Assembly: GCA_013416795.1 (NCBI GenBank)
Contig: RQSC01000028.1
Location: forward strand, 973,869 to 985,163
Length of the DNA: 11,295 nucleotides
Source: Prasinococcaceae sp. CCMP 1430
Taxonomy: Eukaryota > Plantae > Prasinodermophyta
Direction: 5' to 3'
Shown here: positions 6,100-11,295 of the stretch, piece after piece
Position numbering within the stretch: the first letter of the stretch is position 1
Layout of the letters: every line of letters begins with the position of its first letter
Notes under the pieces: generated by a model
Database searches by the model: none
Told to the model about the DNA's origin: nothing
The model's input: only the letters and a program-made list of their open reading frames with translations
Program-made: the position numbers and the translations under genes

Positions 6100-7693
6100 A
6101 TGCAACACCCCACGACGACGACGACGACGACGACGACGAGCAACAATCGGAATCTGCTCCCAAGAACAAGAAGAAGAAGACGAAGACGAAGAACGAGAAC
6201 ACGCCCCCCTCCCCGCCCTCTCAAAAAACTCCTCCTCCTCCCCCTCCTCCTGACCCTCACCCCCCCCCTCGCCCTCGCAACCCCCCCTTCTCGCCCCCCC
6301 GCCTCATCCTCATCCCCGCGCAGCAACGACAGCCGCTCCCCCTCATCCGCCCCTACGCCCACGCACCCCCTCCTCCCCGTCCTCCCCCCCGGCCGCCCCC
6401 AAGGGGGCGGCGGCGTCGCGCGCGAGTGCGCCGCGGCGTGGGAGGAGGCGCGCGCGGCGCCAACCCCGCTCCTCGCCTCCCCCCCCCCCACACACACCGT
6501 GCGTGCGCTGCGCCGCCCCCCTCTCGTGGCTGCACGTGCCCAAGTGCGGCACCAGCTTCTACTCGACGCTGCTGCGGTTCGCGTGCCCGCGCATGGCGGA
6601 CGACGTGTACGTGGGCTCGCGGCGCTCCGAGGAGGGCTGCCCCATCAGGGGCGGCTCGATCCCGTGCGCGGCGCGGCTGGTCAACGCCTCGAGCGAGTGC
6701 TGGCGCGCGCCGGTCGCGAACCGCGTCCACCGCGCCATGGGGGCCAAGGTGGGCGCGTACGTGGGCATGTTCCGCGACCCCGCGCGGCGGCTCGCGAGCG
6801 GCCGCGACCACCGGCGGCACAACCTGTACGGCATGAACGCCAGGAACATGAGCGTCGAGGACATGGCCAGGCAGGAGCACGAGCGGGCGCCCAACATGTG
6901 GGGCGTCAACCCGGAGGAGTGCCGCAGCCTGGGCGAGACGCTGCGCGGCGGGTGGGCGGAGCAGCGGGGGCGCGCGGGCGAGCCGGGCGGCGGCGAGCCG
7001 GGCTGGCGCGAGGACCCCGGCGGCCGTCCCGCGGCGGGAGGGATCGGCACGCTGCACTACGCCATGTGCCCCGGCGTGCGCAGCTGCCAGACGCGGATGG
7101 TGCTGGGCGGGTTCGCGCACTCGCCGCAGGCGGGCGACGCGAGGCCGAGCTACCCGCGCCTCGCGCCGAGCCTGACTCGGCACTACCTCCGCCCGGAAAA
7201 CGCGTGCGCCTCGGCGCGCGACCTGGCGCTGCGATGCGACCACCTGCAGCGCGCGCTGGAGCGCGTCGGCCGCATGGCCTTTGTCGGCGTGACCGACCGG
7301 TGGAACCCGAGCGTGTGCCTGTTCCACGCCACCTTCGGCGGCGAGCCGCACCCGACGCAGCTGCGCGCGTACCGCCACCAGAGCCACGACGGCCAGGCGG
7401 ACGTGCTCGACGAGCGCCTGCGCGACGCCGACGGCTGGGACGCGGCGCTGTTCCGCCGCGTGGAGGCGCTCTTCGATGCGCGGCTGAGGCTCTTCGGCAT
7501 CCCCGAGGAGGCCGCGCCGGGCGAGACGTACAGCGCCACCTGCAGCAGGGCGCTGCGCGCGCTCGAGGCGCGCAGGCGGCAGGGGGGGTGCGCGGCGGCC
7601 ATGCCGATGGACGAGGGCGAGAGGAGGGGATCGGACCCGCAGGCCGCGCAGGCCGCGTGCGAGGCCCCACCCTCCGTGCGGGATTTTGACTGA
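6100..7693 (+). CDS. PAPS-dependent sulfotransferase (Golgi type II membrane, Sulfotransfer_2-like); one apparent +1 frameshift in the C11 run at 6479-6489
   Basis: The ORF-track 6503-7693 frame has WLHVPKCGTSF (5'-PSB loop), GMFRDPARRLAS (3'-PB), CQTRMVLG and FVGVTDRWNPSVCLF. The frame from ATG 6100 supplies a basic tail (R8), a hydrophobic anchor LLLLPLLLTLTPPLALA and a Pro/Ser stem, with coding-like GC3 up to the C run. Confidence 0.8.
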
Positions 7694-7928
7694 TTGGCCG
7701 CGTGCGGCGGCGGCGGCGGCGGCGGGGCCTGCGGCGGCGGCAGCCCAAGTCATGCTCGCAAGCTCGCCGCTAGCAGACGCCGCCACCCCTGCCCTCCAGC
7801 CCGCGCCCACCTGCGGGGCGCGCAGCAGCCTGCGCGCCCGCGCGGCGTCACACTCACGCGCAAACCTCGCACTCACTCCCAACTCCAACTCACTCACTCA
7901 CGCGGCGGTGTTACAAAAGTAACGGTTC

Positions 7929-7956
7929 TACCATCATCGGATGGTACTGTACCATC
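7929..7956. repeat. Cluster of three alternating TACCATC/GATGGTAC motifs
   Basis: TACCATC-ATCG-GATGGTAC-T-GTACCATC. Confidence 0.8.
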
Positions 7957-8249
7957 ATGGGACCAGTGTTTTGACCGTGGTGGTTCGTGGATCGTGCTCG
8001 CCCGCGCGCGCCCTGCGCGAACGAAATCGAAATCGCAGTTCCGTTCGAACACACACGCGCGTGCGCGTGCGCGTGCGCGCGGCAGAGCGCGGGCGCGGCC
8101 ACGCGCGGCCAGCGGGGGCGCCCGGCCCTCCCCGCCGGGCCTCCCGTATCCATACAACACACACGCCCCCCACCCAACCCCCCCACCCTCCTCCGAAACA
8201 GCAGCGACGACGGCTCCGCCGGCGAACGGAACCGGAACGGAACGGAGCG

Positions 8250-9935
8250 ATGCCACGCGCGCGCGCGCGACACGAGAGGCCGCCCTCACCACCTCCCTCG
8301 CCTCCCACCCAGACCTCCCCGCCCACCTCCTCCCCCCCGCCAGAAATCCTCACCACGACGACCAACCTCGTCTACCCAAAGGAGCCCCTACAGTCCACCC
8401 GCTGCGAGCTCCCCCCTCCACACGACGACGACCCAGAGCTTCGCCCCAGAGCTTCGCTTCGCCATGGCCCTCCCCCCCAGCAGCAGCGCGAGAACGCCGA
8501 CGAGAGCGAGAACGAGAACGACGGCGACGACGGCGTCGCGGTGCGCGGCGCCGCGGAGCACCTGCGCGCGCGCTCGCGCGCGCTGAGCGCGCGCCTCTTC
8601 CCGGCCTCGACGACCGCCCCCCCTCCGCTCTCCGACCACCATCGCGCGCGCCTCTTCCCGGCCTCGACGACCGCCCCCCCTCCGCGCTCCGACCACCATC
8701 GCGCCCCCACCCAGCCGCCCGCCGTCGAAGACCCCCTCCGCGCCCGCCTCGCGCGCGAGGCCGCGGCGCTCGCGGAGGAGGTGGTGCGCCTGCGCGCGAG
8801 CCTCGCGGCGTCGCAGGCGGACGCGAAGGACGCGCGCCGCGCGCTCCGCGTCGCCCGGGCGCAGCAGGCGCACGCGCAGGGCCCTCCCCACGCGCGCCCC
8901 GCCGCGACACTCCCGCCGCCCCCCCTCTCCGACTCCATCCGACCCCACCAGACCACCGACCACGCCGAATTCGCGATCGCGCGAAAGCTGCTTGAGAGCC
9001 TGATCGCGGGGGCGGGCCCCGCGGCGGCGGCGGCGGCGCCGCCGCCGCCNCTTGGCGGCCCCACGGCTGCCATTGCCAATCGCGAGCTGCGCGCGCTCGC
9101 CCAAGCCGTGCGCGCGTGCGTGGAGGACGCGCGCGCGAGCAGCGTGGGCGGTCGGGTGAGCGGGGCGCATGTTGGGCGGCGCATAAAGCAGGAGCTCTGG
9201 CGCTCGTCGGCGGAGATCACGTCCGACAGCCTGCTGGAGCTCCTGTCGAGCGTCCCCGGTACGGCGGCGGTGAGCTTGCTGTCGCTTTGCCGCGCCCTGG
9301 TCGGGCCAGCCCACTACGAGGTCACCGTTGGCGCGGTCCTCGCCGAAGGTGAACTGGAGGTTGCGTGCACGTTGCTGGACGACTCGGCGCGCGCGGGGCT
9401 GCCGCTCACCCGAGGCGCGTGCGAGGGCGTGCTGCTGGGCTGCGCGGCGCTGCTCGAAGACGACGGAATGAGCAGCAGTGGCGCCGAGCGTCTCATAGGT
9501 TCGGCCTCGACGTGGAATCGGGTGGACGGCCTGCTCGAGCAGGCCGCCCGGCAGGGCATCACGCCGGGCACGAGGGTGTTCAACGCACTCATCAGCGCCG
9601 CGTGCGCGGGCGGCGACACGGGGCGCGCCACGGGCCTTCTCAAGGCCATGCGCGCGTCGGGCGTGCAAGCCGACGGCGGCACGTATGCGCCACTGGTGGG
9701 CCACCTGGTGGCCTCCGGCGCGCTGCGGCGCGCGGCGAGACTGATCGACGCGCTGCGGGCGCGCGCGGGTCCGAGCGCTCTGGCGGGCGCCTACGCAGCG
9801 GCGGTGGCGGCCGCGCCTGAGGCTGAGGTCGCCGCCTTCTTCGAGGAGGCCGCGCGCGCGGACGACTTGGACGCCGCCGCGCTCCTTGAGAAGGCCGCGC
9901 GCGCGGAGGATCACGCCGTATCCGCCGATGTGTAA
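8250..9935 (+). CDS. Pentatricopeptide repeat (PPR) protein with low-complexity and coiled-coil N-terminal half, about 561 aa
   Basis: VFNALISAACAGGDTGRATGLLKAMRASGVQAD and TYAPLVGHLVASGALRRAARLIDAL are PPR motifs, with degenerate ones upstream (HYEVTVGAVLAEGELEVACTLLDDSARAGLPLT). Coiled coil LRARLAREAAALAEEVVRLRASLAASQADAKDARR. ATG 8250 is preferred over 7941; n at 9050. Confidence 0.75.
   Translation: MPRARARHERPPSPPPSPPTQTSPPTSSPPPEILTTTTNLVYPKEPLQSTRCELPPPHDDDPELRPRASLRHGPPPQQQRENADESENENDGDDGVAVRGAAEHLRARSRALSARLFPASTTAPPPLSDHHRARLFPASTTAPPPRSDHHRAPTQPPAVEDPLRARLAREAAALAEEVVRLRASLAASQADAKDARRALRVARAQQAHAQGPPHARPAATLPPPPLSDSIRPHQTTDHAEFAIARKLLESLIAGAGPAAAAAAPPPXLGGPTAAIANRELRALAQAVRACVEDARASSVGGRVSGAHVGRRIKQELWRSSAEITSDSLLELLSSVPGTAAVSLLSLCRALVGPAHYEVTVGAVLAEGELEVACTLLDDSARAGLPLTRGACEGVLLGCAALLEDDGMSSSGAERLIGSASTWNRVDGLLEQAARQGITPGTRVFNALISAACAGGDTGRATGLLKAMRASGVQADGGTYAPLVGHLVASGALRRAARLIDALRARAGPSALAGAYAAAVAAAPEAEVAAFFEEAARADDLDAAALLEKAARAEDHAVSADV
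8587..8704 (+). repeat. 57-bp in-frame tandem duplication (2 copies, 1 substitution)
   Basis: ARLFPASTTAPPPLSDHHR / ARLFPASTTAPPPRSDHHR; period 57 checked on the DNA (8596 vs 8653). Confidence 0.92.
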
Positions 9936-10323
9936 ACGATGTATCTGTACCTGTACTGTCACGAATCGCACCCCATTCGTGCGCACGATCAGCGAGACAG
10001 CGCTCGGCAGTTGCGGCAGCCATAGCGCGCGGTGGCGCGCCCGCTGCGACCGCTCTCTCGGCGGCCGGGCAGGCGCCCAGCCCGAAAGCGCTTCGCGCCG
10101 CGCTCCCCCCGCGCGCTCCCGCGCGCCCTCGCGCTGGCACTGCCGGACGCCGCGCGACGCACCGTACGATCGTGCGCAGCAGTGCCTGCTCAGTCGCGCG
10201 CGCAGCGCTCGCGGGCGCCTGGCCCTACAATACCATGATGATACCATCTGTAGTACTACACACCGAGACTGACGCCCGTGGGTTGATTAGGTGCGGAATC
10301 GCGCGGCAGTTGCAGGTGTGCCG

Positions 10324-10352
10324 TCCGATGGTACGTACCATCCGATGGTACG
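10324..10352. repeat. Second GATGGTAC/GTACCATC cluster, including a perfect 16-bp palindrome
   Basis: TCCGATGGTAC-GTACCATC-CGATGGTACG; palindrome at 10327-10342. Confidence 0.8.
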
Positions 10353-10601
10353 ATCAGTGCAGTCCTGGGCACGTGAGAAAATTCAGTACCAGGTACCTGG
10401 GCACCAGGTAGCTGATTTCCGAAAAAATAAAATATCCCCGAAAATGAGCGGGGTGCGGCGGCGCAGCCCTGGGGTGCGCCTCGCTGCCCAGGTGTGGACG
10501 CGCGCTCAGAGGGTTTTGCGGGTCAAACGAAACCCCGAACCCCAAATCGATGGCGCGGCGGGCGAGCGCGCGCGCGCGGACGGCGGCGCCGCGGCCGACG
10601 C

Positions 10602-11295
10602 GGGCCATCAATATCCGTTGCGACGCCGCCGTGCGCCGGGCCCCCTCCCTCCGCGGACGCCGCGGCCGACGGAAAGGAGGGGGCGACGACCGCACGAGCG
10701 CCACAGGAGGAAGAGGCCGCGGCGGTCGCCCCACCGCCCGCCCGGCAGCCCGCGCCCACCAGCGTCGCCGTCGCCCCGCCACCCACCCAAGGGCCCGACG
10801 ACCCCCCCCCTTCGCCGCCCCCTCCCCGAAGGAGGTCCTCGCAGGCCTCTCAAACCTCCCCCCCGCGCTGCCAGGACGCGCTGCTCTCCAAGACCGAGGA
10901 CCTCCTGGAGGACGCCCTTCGCTCGCGCGATGCGGAGCGGCGGCGCGCGGACGCCGCCGAGCACGCGCGCGACGTGGCGCAGACGGACTGCCGACGGCAC
11001 GCCGAGGCGATGGAGAAGGCCCAGAGGGAGGCGGCCGACGCGCGCGAGGCCGCCGCCGAGAGCCGGTCCGAGGCGAGGGAGGCAGCGGCGCTGGCGGCCA
11101 AGCTGCGAGAGAGGACGGGCGCGCTCGAGTCCATCACGGAGGGCCTCAGGTCGCGGATGGAGGGCGCGCAGCGAGAGGCGGAGCGCGCGCGGGCGGAGGC
11201 CGAGAGAGCAGCGCTGGGGCGCGCCAACGCGGAGGCGGCCTCGGCGGACGCGGAGGCGCGGCTGGCGGCCTCGGCGCGGAGCGCCCGCCTCGAGC
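10602..11295 (+). CDS. Partial coiled-coil protein with Pro-rich N-terminal region; start unresolved, runs off the window
   Basis: Manual translation: GPSISVATPPCAGPPPSADAAADGKEG...QEEEAAAVAPPPARQPAP...DALLSKTEDLLEDALRSRDAERRRADAAEHARDVAQTDCRRHAEAMEKAQREAADAREAAAESRSEAREAAALAAKLRERTGALESITEGLRSRMEGAQREAERARAE... It is E/A/R-rich with heptad character and no stop. No in-frame ATG back to 10440, so an upstream exon is likely (candidate: ATG 10444, donor CAG|GTGTGG at 10492). Confidence 0.7.

Noticed and set aside
7811-7857. Minus-strand 47-bp GTGAGT...CCCGCAG mini-intron leading into the 6353-7897 antisense ORF
   Set aside because: The donor is part of a (CACT)n microsatellite region, and the downstream ORF is the antisense shadow of the sulfotransferase.
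9886-10272. Additional PPR exon or separate small gene after the PPR stop
   Set aside because: No strong donor, no codon bias and no recognisable motif; it cannot be excluded without RNA-seq.
118-11227. Many long overlapping ORFs in the track (e.g. 118-834 +, 2329-3249 +, 6353-7897 -, 8388-10247 -, 7694-8995 +)
   Set aside because: They are antisense or off-frame shadows of high-GC3 genes, are Arg/Ala/Gly-rich and show no domain motifs.
1-11295. CRISPR array, rRNA or autonomous transposon
   Set aside because: No regularly spaced repeat-spacer units, rRNA-like sequence, or transposase/reverse-transcriptase motifs were seen.

Overview
Very GC-rich eukaryotic (alga/protist-like; lineage not determinable here) nuclear scaffold with canonical GT-AG introns. 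It has a 476-N gap followed by a 92-nt poly-G run, and four single-n positions (1225, 4782, 5566, 9050) that may be contig joins. The minus strand carries a histidine-phosphatase exon lacking its RHG motif, a lone RCHY1/Pirh2-type zinc-finger exon, a complete UTP18 gene and the N-terminal half of an alternative oxidase (AOX). The plus strand carries a tRNA-Phe(GAA) gene, a PAPS-dependent sulfotransferase with one apparent frameshift, a PPR protein and the start of a coiled-coil protein. The most notable item is the tRNA-Phe gene. It gives a perfect 73-nt cloverleaf only if two introns are removed (37/38 and a non-canonical 41/42 with bulge-helix-bulge spacing), leaving a 4-nt middle exon. Second, three minus-strand genes are incomplete, and in two places an intron-like stretch joins exons of unrelated genes. 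Mis-assembly is the leading explanation; real chimeric or interleaved genes are not excluded. All translations and pairings not in the supplied ORF track were done by hand.
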